A stretch of 64,000 nt of DNA from Octopus sinensis. Its lineage: Eukaryota. Location: contig NC_043018.1 of the NCBI RefSeq assembly GCF_006345805.1, positions 27,714,001-27,778,000 of the forward strand, written 5' to 3'. Below, in pieces: positions 11,266-25,715 of the stretch (position 1 is its first letter; the number at the start of each line of letters is the position of its first letter). The notes beneath the pieces were generated by a model. It saw only the letters and a program-made list of their open reading frames with translations. It was not told where the DNA came from and made no database searches. Both the position numbers and the translations under genes were made by a program.

Positions 11266-11915
11266 GTTAATATTGTCACGCCTCCCTCCTTCAAACGGGA
11301 AGGAAGAGCTATTTTCATCATCCTTGTGGCTATGGCGAAAGAATGTATCTGGTGGACGCGTCTGAAAGGATTGGAGACAAACACTTTCCTCTCTGGTCAA
11401 TCTCTCATCAACTTCTTCAAGTACCACTTGAAAGGGAAAGTGAGAGTAGAGAGGCAAGTTTTGTCTAGCGAATGTTTTAAAAAAAGATGGGTGAATGTAG
11501 CAAGAATGGCACGTATGAATGACGAAGCCACCTTGAGCATGATCCTATGAACCCAGAAATTGAAAACAGAGAGTTGCTTATTTGCAAAAAAAAAAAGAAG
11601 AAATATAACATGTGACTCCATTGACCGAGGTTACCGTGGTCTTTTCCGTAGGCTTTTCTTTCCACGGGTAAACCTCACCTGTCCTCCCCTTTACACTTCA
11701 TATTGACATTTCTGTGATAACGATCCCTATTGATCATTTTTTTTTTCCTCTCCCCCTTTTTTTTTTAACCCCCCTTTTTTGTCCTCTTTCTCTCCTTTTA
11801 CGATCCCTTTTGATCGAAACTCCCCCTTCCTTTTTTTTTTTTAAACCTTCAAAAGAAAAAGCTCTACCTTGTAATTTGTTCTATGTGTGCAGCCCTGTGT
11901 GGCTAATAAAGAAAC
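11266..11915 (+). mobile_element. 5'-truncated Tx1-clade LINE inside (TATC)n
   Basis: Peptide MAKECIWWTRLKGLETNTFLSGQSLINFFKYHLK and 3' UTR match 51660-52195; (TATC)n on both sides. Confidence 0.92.
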
Positions 11916-11916
11916 A

Positions 11917-11977
<61 letters not shown>

Positions 11978-11978
11978 G

Positions 11979-12019
<41 letters not shown>

Positions 12020-12599
12020 ATCTATCTATCTATCCATCGATCTATCTATCCATCGATCTATCTATCTATCTATCCATCCATTCATCCATCCATCCATCCA
12101 TCTATCTATCTATCTTTCTATCTATCTATCTATCGATCGATCTATCTTTTATCTATCTATCTATCTATCTATATATCTATCTATCTGTCCGTCTGTCTGT
12201 CTGCTAGTCTGTTTGTCTGTCTGTTTTCCTGTATGTCTGTCTATCTATCTGTCTCTCTCTCTCTCAATTTCTCTGTCTGTCTGTCTGTCTATCTATTTGT
12301 CTGTCAGTATATTTGGATACCTATATGTCTATTTGGATATCTGTCTATAAATGTATTTTGCGATCTGTCTGTCTGTGTGTTGCTAAGACTAATACAATCA
12401 GCAAGAGTAACATTACCGTTTTCATCATTGTCATCGTCACCATCATCAACACAATCAGCGTCGTTGTCATCATCATCATTATTGTTATCATCATCACCAA
12501 TATATACGTACATATACACATACACGTGCACACACATATACATATAATATATACACACACACGTACACAAGCACACAAAAACGAAAATGGAAAAAATGG

Positions 12600-13140
12600 A
12601 AAAAAACTTTGGGCTGGAACTAAAACTAATTTTTAGGTTATGCCTAAAAGCATAATTACACACAATACAACACAACACGAAGCCGGCTGTTCTTGCAGGG
12701 TAAAGACTTGTGCCTACTAAATGGAGCCTGTATGACCGAGACCATTATTTATGAAGCCACCGTAAATTCCACGAACGATAATAATATAGTCTTATCCAAG
12801 AGATATGTGGGTCACACAGAGGGAAGTTTCAAAGCAAGATTCAACAATAACACCTTAAGTATCAGACACTGGAATAAACGAAAAACTATCAAATTAACCA
12901 GTTATATATGGTTCTTAAAAGAATAAGGCGTCATCTATAAGATTTACTGGAAGATCTTAGCCAAATGTAAACCTTATACCAACTGTAGTGGCAAATGCGG
13001 TCTTTGTAATATGTAAAGATGATTCATCTGGAAAAGTACCTTAGACACCACTACATGTTTAAAGTCAAGAACTGAACTTTTTGGTTCATGTCCATATACC
13101 ACAAAATACCTGTTACGGTTTTGGGCCACTCAAGATCACG
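12600..13140 (+). mobile_element. Penelope-like element fragment, GIY-YIG endonuclease
   Basis: CLLNGACMTETIIYEATV..RYVGHTEGSFKARFNN..LTSYIWFLKE, followed by CGLC. Confidence 0.8.
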
Positions 13141-13307
13141 GCTAGAAAACACATTTCTGCTATGTTCCTGCGCAAACTTTCCCCTATGTTTTAACATCCA
13201 TTTATTTTTAATTCTTATTTTTATATTTTTAAAAAATTTATTTACGTTTTTCCTTTTTCGTTTTTAATTGTGTGAGTGTGTACTTGTGTTTGTATATGTA
13301 TATAATA

Positions 13308-13347
<40 letters not shown>

Positions 13348-13482
13348 GTGTGTGTGCGCGTGCATGTGTATATGTATGTATGTGTAAGACTGTCAAGTGC
13401 ATATGTGCGACTTTCATGCACATTCCCATTCATTTATACGGATATACATATATTCCTATATATGTGGGAGTGTGAATGTATG

Positions 13483-13559
<77 letters not shown>

Positions 13560-13799
13560 TATTTTATATATTTGTCTAGATATATAAGTATTATGCTAGG
13601 TGTATGCATGTAAGCACCTATGTGTATATCAGGATGAGATTGCGTACGCATATACATATATATATACATATATATATATATATACATGTGTACTTGTGTG
13701 TGTGTGAATATATGTGCATGTACGAGTACGTACATACATATATGTTTGTGTGTATAAGTGCGTGTACGTATAAAAGTTTGTGTGAGTGTATACGAATAA

Positions 13800-13846
13800 A
13801 GCCTTAAAAATGTTTCAGCCCGAAGGCTGCGGCCGTGCTGGGGCAA
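13800..13846 (-). mobile_element. Isolated 3' tip of a CR1-group LINE
   Basis: TGCCCCAGCACGGCCGCAGCCTTCGGGCTGAAAC matches the ends at 3721-3760 and 17295-17335. Confidence 0.7.
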
Positions 13847-14596
13847 TGCATGAGGTTTATATCTCTGTATTGTGAGAAGATGTTTGCGTGTATTATATTT
13901 TCTTTTTTCTTATCGCAGGTCTTCGCTCCGATATTCAAAACTCCGAGTTCCATAATGACGACTTTTTACTGTTTTACTGTTTGTTCCAAATTATAGCATA
14001 TATATGTGTGTGTGTATATATTTATATATGTATATGTATACATATTTATCTATATGTATATATATATACATATATACTTGCACATGTGTATGTGTCGCAC
14101 AAATAATTTGCACCAAAATAGAGTATTTCATAATCCCACTGCGTTAATGCCTATATAACCAATTCACTCATATAAAACCGTATCACTATACAGGATTAAC
14201 TACGTATATCATAGATACACTTTTATTTCATTCGAAAGTATATTTTTACAACAGATTTTCGGGAGGTAAAACCTACTCGTATATAATAATATTATTTTTT
14301 GAGGACGTTTGAAAAACCGGATTCTCAACAGGAAACACATACATCCAAGTCCTGATTTCAAATTTTGTACAAGGCCAGCAATTTCGGGGAAGGGGATAAG
14401 TCGATTACTTTGTCCTAAATCTTCAACTGGTACTTCCTTTATCGAGACCTAAATGATGAAAAGCAAAGTCGATCTCGGTGGAATTTGAAATCGAAACGCG
14501 AGGATGGGCGAGTAATTCTAGTGGACAGGAACAGTCGTATTTATATAGACGTGTGCGTGTGTGTGTATGCGTGTGTATACATATACATGCATATAT

Positions 14597-14634
<38 letters not shown>

Positions 14635-15008
14635 GCGTGGGAACGCTAAGCTTTTTCGTAAAACTAATACTCAGAGTTTCACATATTGTCCATCGGAGTT
14701 TTGCGATGTATATATTAAAGGATCAACTGCCCGTCCCCAAGTTATGGAATCATAACGACGGTTTTAAAGGTTATATTGTTTTTTTGTGCTGTATATGGAC
14801 TACCATTGAACGGAAAACCCGGTCTGTGGCAAGGTTACTTATTTTGTAAGGTGAGTGAACTGGAGCAAGGTAAAATGAAGGGTTTTGCTCAAGGTAAAAT
14901 GAAGGGTTTTGCCTGGTCCATGAATCAAAACAACAATCTTACGATCAAGAATGTAGCGCACTAACCACTAAAATAGGCGCAGACACACACGCACGCACAG
15001 TGTGTGTG

Positions 15009-15056
<48 letters not shown>

Positions 15057-15746
15057 CATATATATATATTCACATGCATTCAATTAAATAGATATTATCC
15101 ATTTTATCTGGTTATATCACATTTCTCACCAATGTAATACCACCACAAATACACACACACACAAACACACTCACACACACATATATATGTATGTGTATAT
15201 ATATATATATGTGTGTGTGTGATGTATGTATGTATATACCGAGAATTGTGAGTGTGAGTCACTGTGTATGTTTGAGTATGTAAGCGAGTGTGCGTCTCTG
15301 TGTGTTTAACTATTCATTTATATATGTATGTACTCGATTATGTTTCTATACGCACACATATCTACATACACACAAACACATACACACATACATTCATACA
15401 TACATACATACATACATACATACATACACACATACATACATACATACATACATACATACATACATGCATACACACAAACACATACATACATACATACACG
15501 CATACGTACGCTCCGTTAGTAGCTATCAAAATTAACTATATTAAACTGGTTGACTGAGCAGTGAGCTGCTAATTCCCGTGTGTATGGCTGTTAGTTGCCA
15601 TATGCTAATTAATAATTTAACGTGAGTTCCATGTGCAGCTAAGTTATCTGCCAATATTAACGTAAATCTATACACTCATGTATGCCCAATGACTGTATGT
15701 CTGTCCTGCCTGTATATATACATATGTGTGTGAGTGTGAGTGTGTG

Positions 15747-15808
<62 letters not shown>

Positions 15809-15954
15809 TATACATATATATACATATATACTATATATATATATATATAGATATATATATTCTATATGTATGTATATATATGTGTTTGCTTATTTATATA
15901 TATGTATGTATATGTATGGAAATAGTATGTATATTGTGTATATATATACATATA

Positions 15955-16019
<65 letters not shown>

Positions 16020-16031
16020 AAAACATATGTA

Positions 16032-16068
<37 letters not shown>

Positions 16069-16107
16069 GATATATATATATATATATCTATATATATATA
16101 TATAAAA

Positions 16108-16166
<59 letters not shown>

Positions 16167-16171
16167 CTATA

Positions 16172-16205
<34 letters not shown>

Positions 16206-16744
16206 CATACTACATACATGCATACATACATATATCTGCATCCCAAGGACACTCTAGTATCCATCTATTAGTAATACTATCTTCTATTTCTGATAAGTCA
16301 CACACACTCACACACACAAACCCCAAAAAAAAACAAGTTAGCAGATACATACACACAAATTTGCATATTGTGCATTAATAAACGAGCACGCATGCATATG
16401 TGCACGTGTATACATTTGTATACAGTTGCATTCACATGCACACACAGTGATGCAGGCTCACAAATATACAGATACACCTACAGCCTAAACACACATGCAC
16501 TCGCACACATGTATATATTCATATTAATAATATATATATAATTATATTCATACGTACATACATACACACATACACATGCATACACACGCTTATATGTATG
16601 TATATATATATATATACGCATTTGTTTGCATACTCATGCAAACACATGCACGACTGTTGATATACTTATGCACATCCAGACATCCAGATGCATATATATA
16701 TACACACACATGCATACACACATAAACAAACACACATACACGCA

Positions 16745-16776
<32 letters not shown>

Positions 16777-16988
16777 TATATACGTACACTTGCACGCAGA
16801 GACTCTCACACATCAACTCTCACACACGTACATGCATTCGCACGTTCCCACGGGCTTTCTCTCTCTTTCCCTCCTCTCCCTTTCGGTCTCCCTCTCTCCC
16901 TCTCTCTCTGACACAGACGTGCATGCACACGCACATCCTCTCATATACTGTGACACATACAGACAAACACATACCGGTGAAAATATAG

Positions 16989-17054
<66 letters not shown>

Positions 17055-17280
17055 ACACATGGACACACACACACATGCACGCACGCACAATCATTCACAC
17101 TCACATAAACTAATGAGTAGAATTGCACATACTTTCACGCAAACGCATACATTGACTTGTACGCTTATATATATATATATATGTATGTATATATATATGT
17201 ATGTATATATATATGTATATATATATATATTATATTATATATATATATATATATTATATTATATATATATATATATAAAT

Positions 17281-17495
17281 CCTTAAATCCTTAAAATGTT
17301 TTAGCCCGAAGGCCGCGGCCGTGCTGGGCACCACCGCTGAATGAGCTACACTAATTTGTGAATCCACCTCTGATACGTGGCACTTGATCAACAAGGGAGT
17401 TCGATGCTGCTACCCGCATCCGCGTCCCTTGTCGTGAGGTAGGTTCATCTGGGACTCCCAACAAGAAGAGATCCAGTTTAGTTTTAAAGAACCCA
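17281..17495 (-). mobile_element. CR1-group LINE 3' fragment
   Basis: [19 protein letters not shown], homologous to the end of the 2852-3622 ORF; short tandem tail (TTTAAGGA)n. Confidence 0.85.
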
Positions 17496-17688
17496 CATAT
17501 ATATATATATGTATATGTATATATATGTATATATGTATGTATATATATATATGTATAAATGTATATTATATTATAGTATATATATATATATGTATATATG
17601 TATATGTATATATATATGTATATATATAATATGAATGTATATATATATATATGTATGAATATATGTATATATATATACATATATAATA

Positions 17689-17749
<61 letters not shown>

Positions 17750-17795
17750 ATTATGGTGTGTGTGTGTGTATTTCATACCGTTTTTCCGATGGCCG

Positions 17796-17855
17796 GATAA
17801 CTGAAGAGAGGCGGCGTGTATTTCCACCTCGGTATCCGAAACTCTGAGTTTTATC
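17796..17855 (+). ncRNA. Candidate type I hammerhead, stem II imperfect
   Basis: GATAA-CTGAAGA...GAAA-CTCTGAG-TT-TTATC. Confidence 0.5.
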
Positions 17856-17890
17856 ATGGCTACCGAATAATTGTCACATATTACATTTAC

Positions 17891-17924
<34 letters not shown>

Positions 17925-17928
<4 letters not shown>

Positions 17929-18090
17929 GAGGGGCTTCTTCAGTTTCCGTCTACTAAATCCACTCACAAGGCATTGGTCGGCCCAAGGCTATAGTAGAAG
18001 ACACTTGCCCAAGGTGACACGCTGTGGGACTGAACCCGGAACCATGTGGTTCATAAACAAGATACGTACCACACAGCCCCTCATGTGCCT
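17925..18090 (-). mobile_element. tRNA-derived SINE family A, partial
   Basis: Matches the head of 39855-40253. Confidence 0.8.
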
Positions 18091-18114
18091 ATGTATATAT
18101 ATATATATATATCA

Positions 18115-18390
18115 TGGCACACCGTCGGTTACGATTACGAGGGTTCTAGTTAATCCGATCAACGGAACAGCCTGCTCGTGTAATTAACGTGCAAGTGGCT
18201 GAGCACTCCACTGACAGGTGTACCCTTAACTTAGTTCTCGGGGAGATTCAGCGTGACACAGAGTGTGACAAAGCTGGCCCTTTGAAATACAGGTACAACA
18301 GAAACAAAAAGAGTGATAGAAAGCTGTGGCGATAGAGTACAGCAGGGTTCGCCCCGCCGCCCCTGGAATCTCGTGGGTCTTTTGTTTTCT
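18115..18390 (-). mobile_element. SINE-like interspersed repeat (third family)
   Basis: Non-coding, moderately GC-rich insert between microsatellites; resembles octopus SINE bodies; single copy here. Confidence 0.5.
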
Positions 18391-18597
18391 GTCAATAAAC
18401 ACTCCAAATTGGATCGTTAGCTCGTACACGCATTTTTTCTCTCCTTGTTTCTTTTCTGTGTATCCTTCTGTCGAAGAGCGTAGGCTCAAAACGTAAAAGA
18501 CTTGTTTTATTTCTATTCCTGAGCGCCATACTAATACCATTGTTTGTTTGTACTCCACCTGCCTTCGTCTCTTGCTTATTTTCGTAAACCTTCCCAT

Positions 18598-18633
<36 letters not shown>

Positions 18634-18734
18634 CATATATATGCACATATTCACGAACATACTTTAATATACACTCTCACATTCACTCTCATACACACTC
18701 ATATTTAAACAGATACTCTGCATACATATCTAAA

Positions 18735-19620
18735 TACGCAGTCTGGTCAAAAAGTATCCGGACTGTTGCTATAGAAAGAAGCTAAAGCACGCAGAGTAAA
18801 ACCGCTTGGCACAGGTTGACCTTGACCTTTGTTGTATATGTTCACTAAGTCTTAACGTTCTAGCTCCCTTCCGCAGTTTACAGCAGTGTTTGGTAGGAAC
18901 GTGTGTAGCATGTGATCATCGCATTAACCATGACAGAGAAAGTTGAGCTGAGAATCTGCATGAAATTTTGCCAAAAGCTTGGTGATACCTGCTCAGAGGC
19001 CTACACAACGTCTTCATAAATCTTCATCGTTCTCGACACAATCAACATCTTGTGCAACTGAAACCCGAATATCTTTTTGGTCAGCTGAAAGCAGTTTTGG
19101 GTCAAACAGACACGCGCTTCATACCCAAGTCTTGAGTGAGAATGGACTGAACTGAACCGTAACTAATCTGAACATCCTCTCGTAACTCACGGATGGTGAT
19201 TCGACGATTTCCCCCCACGGCTGCACACATATCAGCGAGATTTTTCTCAGTTCTGCTAGTTGCGCGTCTCCCAGAACGTTCGTCAATATCGACATTTTTT
19301 CGGCCATCTTGGAAACGTCTGAACCATCGTACACTTGTGTCCCACTCGTATACTCTTCTTCATTCATTTTCGGCAACTTTGCGTTGGCCTCTGAGCAGGT
19401 ATCGCCATGACAATTTTCTCTGTCATGATCAATGCGACGATCACACACTACACACCTTCCTTCCAAGCACTGCCATAAACAGCGGAAGAGAGCTAGAACG
19501 TTGAAATTTAGTACGCATGCACAGCAGAGTTCAAGGTCAATCTGTGCTAAGCGACTTTACTCTGTGTGCTTTAGTTTCGTTACTATGGCAATAGTCCCGA
19601 TACTTATTTGTATGCGTGTA
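18735..19620. mobile_element. Mariner derivative made of two inverted 5' ends
   Basis: 18755-19005 is the reverse complement of 19385-19605; both arms encode GDTCSEA of the transposase N-terminus. Confidence 0.8.
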
Positions 19621-22377
19621 TATGCACACACACACACACACATACGCATTCACAAATTCACTCACACTAACACACACACTGACATACACACTCACGCACA
19701 TATGCAGACACACATCCACGCACATCCATACAAATCCTTAAGAAAACACATATACATTCCAACATACACACTCACATACATCATTTTGACATACGCGTAC
19801 ACTAACAAGCGCACATACACATTCTCACATACATACACTGAAAATACTTAGACATACACACTCTCATACACACACTCTTTCACTCCTATAGACACGTTCA
19901 CATTTACATCCACACACACGCACATTCACTCATAAACAGACGTACACTAACACAGTCGCGTATATACATTCACACGCAGGCTCACATATCCTCACGCACG
20001 CACATAAACGCACGCAACCATGCGTTAACGCACACATACACAACAAACACACGCCCAACACTAACACACGCACACATATTCACACACACTGAAACTGTTA
20101 TACACATACACACACGCAAACATATACATAGATATACATTAGTTTCAGTTTGCCATCGTTAATTAAATCTTAATTGGCTCTCACTATAATTAATAGCAGC
20201 TATGTCATTAAAAGTTTTCTGTAATACATCTGGGTAAATTTGGTCGGTAACTCCATACACTCAATTACACTAACAACATCATTATACTCCTGACGATACT
20301 CACTGTTACAACTCCTGTTGAACATTAAAAAAAATTTTATAGCCGTGTGGTTACGAAAATTGCTTTGCGACATCGTGATTTCGGGTGCAGTTCATCTGCA
20401 CAACAACTTGGTCAGGTATTTTCTACTATAACCCAGAGCCGACCAGTGCTTTGTCACTTAATTTGACAGACGGAAAATGAGTGGAAGCCTGTTGCATATG
20501 CATACATACGTACGTACAAACATCATGCATATATATATATGTGTGTGTGTGTGTGTATGTTTGTGTGTGTGTGTGAGTGTGCGTGCGCGGTAAAATGGTT
20601 TCTTATTCCATCGAGAGGTCTAATTCTTCTGTGACAAAAGTTAATTATTGCCTTTACCAACAAACGAATTTCAAATGTTCTCAATAGAAATATAAAAGAA
20701 AAAAAGATAAAAGAAATCGAAAATATAAATGAGCTTAGAACACGGCGTATATATTTCAGAGAGATGAATATGTTGACAATAAAAGAGAGGAAATTGAAGA
20801 AGTTAACAGAAGAAAGGGGAATAAAGAAAAGAAAGGAAGTACCTACAATTATGTGAATATAAGCCAACATACACACACACTAACACACACACACACTCAC
20901 ACACACACATACACACACACACACTAACACATGCACACGCGCGCATATACATATAATTGTAATGGGTGTGGTGTGTCCTAGTTATTAATAGATTCTTCTG
21001 AAAGTGTCTGCATTCCACGAAAATCTCTGATTTGGTGTATGAGTAGAGTCGTGTTTATATAAGTTTTCGATGAATCAACTTTTCTCTAATGAAAATATAT
21101 CGTATTTTTTGCATCCGTTTTTCTAGCAATTTCTATATTTTTTATAATAAACATATTGTAGTGGCAAATTTCTTCATACTTATTTTTCCGATTTGTCCAA
21201 AAAAGTGTGTATAGTTGCAGAGTCTTAAATTGAATCTCTCCCCCAGACATTCATAACTATCATATACGTGCTACGATGTGATTTGGTTTTACGCTTATAT
21301 CAAAAATTATTCTTTTCATTGCAATGATGAGAATTCATTGATGTTTTCGCGTAAGCATGTGGTTTCTGATTTATTGGTGGGATTTACGTGATATCAGATT
21401 ATTCATACTAATGATACAGATGTAGCAAAATTTAAGATTGTGCTCGTTAAAAAAAAATTCTCTATTTGTGGTTGGTAGAGGAGTGTTTATTAAGGTGAGA
21501 AAGATTTTGGCAATTGGACTTAACACTGAGTGAAAAGGGATTTATGTAGATCGATTAAAATTGGTTAATATTGGCCAGCAATTTCAAGGCGGGGGAAAGT
21601 CGATTTCCTCGACCCAAGGGCTAAAATGATACTTATTTTATCGGCCCAGAAAGGATGACAGGCAAGCTCGACCACGTCGGGATTTGAACTCAGAACATAA
21701 AGATGGACGAAAGCGTTTCTTCTGCCGTAGTAACGACTCAGACAACTCACTGCATTTGCAGATTATTTAATATCAGAATTTCTCTCCTTCGTTCAGGAGG
21801 AAATTAGTAGGGAAGATAATTTTAAACATGAATCTCCTTATCAGTAAAGCGTTATTGTGGTGAAGAACTGCCTTATCAAAGATTTCTTGGAAGTCTTGCT
21901 GCTAACATTATTGAGGAGATTCTTAATAGCTAGTGGCTTTGTAACATGATATTACGTTAGTGATTTCTATAAGTTAGAAGAGAAAGCTAGGATAATATCA
22001 AGGATGTTAAGTCAGTGAATATAGTTACTTTTACACTACAGTTACTAAAGTGGCTATTGTTAGTTTTAGAAATACCGGCTTGGATTATATCCTTCCTTAA
22101 TGCTTAATGTATATTAATTTGTGCAGTTTGGTATTGCTAACTCGTCATCTCTAGAAAGGCAAATGCATGTTGTTGGAGATCTTTTGCTAAACGCTGCTAA
22201 GATGAATAATCCTAAAGGTTACAGAGCTCTGTCATACGGTCCCATACAATAAAAGCCGCTATTGCGTTTGATGTTTTGACCCAAGTGGAATCTTCACTAA
22301 AAAAATAGTTGGATGATCTGGCACACGTAATGATATCATTCAAGTTATCATATGTCGTATTTATGGTCCTTAACATA

Positions 22378-24970
22378 TTAGGTTGTCAAGGAAGTTCTTG
22401 CGGTTTTTAACCTTTAAATTCAGATGCACATATCTCGGCTCAAACAAAACTTTATTAATCGAAATAAACACTATCAGAATCGGCACACTTTTGCCAATGC
22501 GAAACAAGTTTATTTATGCCAGTAGCGTAAATATTCTGCGTTCTGGTGGTGATGAAGTCGTCGAAGACCTGTTTGGCATCGTCTTGGTTTTTGATGCATT
22601 TCTCATGCTGGAAGTTGTCGTGATGCTTGCAAAAGTGGTAGTCGTTAGGCGGGAGGTCTAGTGAGTATGGCGGATGAGGCAGAGTTTCGTGGTCCAATTC
22701 GTTCAACTTCTGCAGGGTCAGTTGTGCGACGTGCGGCCGAGTGTTGACATGAAGAAGAATTGGTCCTTTTGTATTGACCAATGCTGGCCGTTGTTGTCGG
22801 AGTTTCTTATGCATTTCATCCATTTGCTGACAGTACTTCTCCGCCGTAATGGTTTCGCCTGGATCCAAAAACCTGCGATGAATGAGACCGGCCGCAGACC
22901 ACCAAACAGTCACCGTGACCTTTTTTGGGTGCAACTTTGGCTTCGGGAAGTGCCATGGAGTTTCATCGGCGTCCAATCACTGAGCTGAGTGTCGCCGGTT
23001 GTCGTAAAGAATCCACTTTTCATCATCGCAAGTCACAATCCGGTCGAGAAACGGGTCGTTCTTGTTGCGTAAAAGGAGGGAAGATGACACTTCAAAACGG
23101 CGTTATTTTTTTTGTTTATTATTATTTTTTTTTTTGGTTGTCGTTCAATTCGTGCGGCGCCCATTTCTCAAGTATTTTTGTTTTTCCACTCTCTTTCAAG
23201 TGGTTGGAAATTTTCGTAAACGTTACGTCTAATTCAGAAGCAAGCTCTCGAACAGTTGTGCGTGGATTGGCTTCCACTTAGGCTCTTTGTTGACCGTTGT
23301 CAACATCCGATGGACAACCACCACGCTTATTATCTTCAAGACTCTCGTCACTGTTACGAAATTTCTTGAAGCACCATTGTCCTGTACGTTCATTAGTGAT
23401 TCCTGGGCAGAAGGTATCGTTAATATCACGAGCTGTTTCAGCAGCTTTTCGACCTAGCTTGAACTGGAATAAGAAAATTGTGAAAATTTGCTTTTTGTCC
23501 AAGTATTGAACGTTCCAGAAAAAATGGGCTAATTACTCAAAAAGAAAAAAAGAGTAATACGATTAGATAGAGCGAAAAACGGACTTTAAAAGGATCTATC
23601 AGGTCATCCAATAAGTTCTGTCCGAATTTTGAATAAAGAAAACAAATGATCAAATATTATATTTAATTGAAATTTAATCATCAATATACTTCCCCTGATT
23701 ATCTATGACTTCCTTCCATCTATCTATTCACAAGCTTTTTAATCCCATCAATGTAAAACTCTTTTGGTTTCAAAGAGGAGAACTCTGCAATGTCAGTTTT
23801 GACCTCCTCCTGACTTGCGAAAGTTATGTCCCCCAAATGATTCTGTAAACCACGAAACAAATGGTAGTCTGAAGGAGCAAGGTCGGGAGAATAAGATGGA
23901 TGAGGAATTTATTCCTAACCAAGCTCTTCGATCTTCTGTGATGTGATCTTTGCAGTGTGGGGTCGCACATAGTCCTGATGAAACATCACTCCTTTTCGAT
24001 TCACTAAAGCGGGTCTTTTTTTTCTTCGAAGCTTGGTTCAAACGCTCTAATTGCTGACAGTAGTCTTGAGCATTGATTGTTGCATTAGGTTGGTAACAAT
24101 TCAAAAGTGAATTACTCCTTTGCAATCCCACCAGATAGAGAGAAGAACCTTTTCCCCATGAAGTTCCCTTCTCGGGTGTGGTTGAGCCTTTTCCTTTTTA
24201 CCAAGCCACTGATTACGACGTTTAACATTTCGATAGAAGATCCATTTTTCGTCACCAGTCACAATTCTATCCAAAAAGGGTGAAATGAGTTCGCGAGAAT
24301 AGAGAGAAGAGCAGATGTCAACTCGGGATTTGCGGCTGCTTTCGGACAATTCATGAGGCACCCATTTTCCAAGTTTAGGAACCTTTCCAAGTTTAGGAAC
24401 CTTTCCAAGTTGTTGAAGATGACGATGAACAATTGTATGGTTTGAACTAATCTTTATTGCCAATTTTTCAACTGATAATGCAGGATTTTCTTCAAGTAAT
24501 GCCTCATGAAGCTTATCATCAAACTCAGCTGGACGTCCTGTCGCTCTTCATCTTCTGAATTTTGCAAACCATCTTCTGCAAGTTCTTTCATTCTAGTATT
24601 ATTTTCCATAAACTGAGTGTATGTTTCGAGTCATTCCTTTATTGCACTCACAAAGCATTATGTGCATCAAATGCTCTTTGGATACTTCCCTTCTAGAAAG
24701 GGTTTTAATCAACGAAATTTTAATTCTATTATTCTGTAAAATAATATTTAATTGGTTTAAATGCACACAAATGCATAAAAATATTTTTTACTTCCATTAG
24801 ACATTCCAAAAAACTATTAAATTTCATTCAATTTAAAAAAAAGGTAAAATCGGACAGAACTTATGGGATGACCTGATATAGTGTTAAAGTAATGTAACGA
24901 AAATTCTTTTCAAAATACATCATTTAAGACTAAAATTTAAAATTCCGCAAGAACTTTCTTGACAACCTAA
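22378..24970 (-). mobile_element. Mariner transposon (outer), decayed DD34D transposase at 22455-23505
   Basis: TIR TTAGGTTGTCAAGGAAGTTCTTGCGG at both ends, TA TSD; motifs FKLGRKAAETARDIN, VWWSAAG, HPPYSLDLPPNDY. Confidence 0.95.
23599..24876 (-). mobile_element. Mariner transposon (inner, nested)
   Basis: TIR TCAGGTCATCCMATAAGTTCTGTCCGA, TA TSD; motifs WVPHEL, IVTGDEKW, YSPDLAPSDY. Confidence 0.95.
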
Positions 24971-25194
24971 TATATTAAAGTGATTGATTGTTAGGATTAA
25001 AATTTTGAAGAGAAAATTTTTTAAAATATATTGTTGTATAAAAGGAAAGTACACGTTGCTTGGAAATTTCGCCTGAGTTAAAAGAAAAACATTTCTGCAG
25101 ATGTTCCTTATTTAGAAGTATGAGGACCATGTGAAACCGGGGAATTATGCTAAATTATACAAATTATACGTTTTAAGTTTGTACACTTCATCTT

Positions 25195-25497
25195 TTATCT
25201 TTTACTTATTTCAGTTATTGGATTGCGTCCATGCTGGAGCACCACTTTGTAATATTGTTTTAGTTGAGTGTTTCAACCCCAGTACTTACTTTTTAAAGCC
25301 TGGTATTTACTCTATCGGTCTCTGTTTTCGAACCACTGTGTTACAGGGACGTAAACGTAAACACAGTATCACCGGTTGTCAAACGGTGGTGGAGGGACAG
25401 ACACAAAGACGCACATGTGGACATTTATATGTGTGTGTGTGTGTGAGAGAGAGAATGAGTGTGTGTGTATATGTATGTGTGTGAGCGAGAGAGAGTG

Positions 25498-25540
<43 letters not shown>

Positions 25541-25715
25541 ACATATACATATATACGACGGGCTTCTTTCGGTTTCCGACTATCAAATCCACTCAGAAGG
25601 TTTTAGTCGGCACGAGGCTATAGTAAAAGACACTTGCCTAAGGTGCCATGCAGTGGGACAGAACCCTGAACCATGTGGATGGGAAAGCAAGCTTCTTACC
25701 ACATAGCCGCTCTAC
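25195..25715 (-). mobile_element. SINE family A, older copy with an expanded internal microsatellite
   Basis: Homologous to 39855-40253. Confidence 0.8.
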
